Positions 63,456-64,000 of a stretch of DNA of 64,000 nucleotides are shown here, one piece after another (the stretch's first letter is position 1; each line of letters starts with the position of its first letter). The translations under genes and the position numbers were made by a program. The DNA comes from Clostridia bacterium (GTDB lineage Bacteria > Bacillota > Clostridia > TANB77 > CAG-508). The notes beneath the pieces were generated by a model. The model worked only from the letters and a program-made list of their open reading frames with translations. It made no database searches and had not been told where the DNA came from. The stretch is taken from positions 15,874-79,873 of the forward strand of contig JAAWKA010000005.1 in assembly GCA_022797145.1 (NCBI GenBank). Reading direction: 5' to 3'.

Positions 63456-63834
63456 CTAAAAATATCCAGCAACTAAATTTACTATTGTAACTGCTAAAAT
63501 GCTAACTATAATACAAATTAAAACTTTTATAATTGTTTTCTTATATCTTTGTTGGTCTTGTTCATCTCCGAGTCATAATTTTAAAAACATAAAATAGTAT
63601 AACCATAACTCCAGCAGTTGGAATTATCCATTGAAGTGTACCTGTTAAGTCTTTTACCATTCTCATAATTCCTGTTCCAATTTTACTACTTTGAATTGAA
63701 CCTCCACCAGATACTTCATCAACTGCTGCGAAACATGATTTTGTCATTTGCATTGTAAATAACATTACTACCCATGCTGTTACCTTTGATATTCTTCTAA
63801 TTGTATTTCTAAAAAAACTTTTCATTTTAGTCAT
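63456..63834 (-). CDS. VirB2/TrbC-like pilin; 125 aa after one +1 shift at C-GGA (63570)
   Basis: Leader + IQSSKIGTG...L.W + two TM; ATG ACT C GGA GAT GAA restores the second helix ending VAGYF. Confidence 0.8.
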
Positions 63835-63850
63835 CTTATAGGACCTCCTT

Positions 63851-64000
63851 TTATATGTGTCTAAATCTTTCTGCTCTTTGTCTTTCTAATTCAGCCCTTT
63901 TTTCTTCTTCAAGAATCTTTTTGACTTCCTTAGTGACATCAGCAATATCCCATAATTTAACTTCTTGAACAGGTTTTTCTATTCTCTCTTTTTCTCTTTC
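63851..64000 (-). CDS. C-terminal 49 aa of an upstream transfer gene (possibly the coupling protein)
   Basis: Open frame ...KPVQEVKLWDIADVTKEVKKILEEEKRAELERQRAERFRHI*; identity inferred from position only. Confidence 0.4.
   Translation of the reverse strand, partial: EREKERIEKPVQEVKLWDIADVTKEVKKILEEEKRAELERQRAERFRHI

Larger units (their letters stand above)
13650..64000 (-). mobile_element. Large integrative conjugative element (one end; continues beyond window)
   Basis: T4SS genes, SSB, polyvalent-type cargo, all on minus strand; junction lies inside rlmD. Confidence 0.88.

Noticed and set aside
1-64000. CRISPR array, rRNA, canonical tRNA, integrase, relaxase
   Set aside because: None seen. 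The dispersed GGGAA repeats are kilobases apart and tied to promoters; integrase and relaxase presumably lie beyond the window.

Overview
Very AT-rich Clostridia-like chromosome. 1-6270 is host backbone: thrS 5' end with T-box, pgi, dapA, HD protein, dapB, DUF4363/DUF421, holin-like protein. ~6300-13160 is a small defence/cargo island at the 3' end of rlmD: nuclease-STAND NTPase, AbiE TA pair, decayed hydrolase, GNAT. From ~13650 to the window end is one arm of a large minus-strand ICE that interrupts rlmD. It carries a Gram-positive T4SS (VirB2/B3/B4/B6-like, M23 hydrolase), a SpaA-type adhesin with sortase, SSB and regulators, and about 40 small-to-medium proteins that almost all end in a glutamate-rich tail. 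Main observation: twelve otherwise intact ICE reading-frame breaks (five in virB4) have the same form, codon-C-GGA. An in-frame CGG followed by A must be read as a +1 shift or quadruplet giving Gly, and I found no in-frame CGG that reads through. This suggests an undescribed recoding system, with systematic assembly error still to be excluded. Also present: a non-canonical 72-nt tRNA-like gene ending in CCA, seven sigma-A promoters sharing a GGGAA-N6-GGGAA box and each followed by a leader hairpin, an element end that resembles a yebC 5'-end attachment site, and a ribosomal S6-like domain in the cargo.
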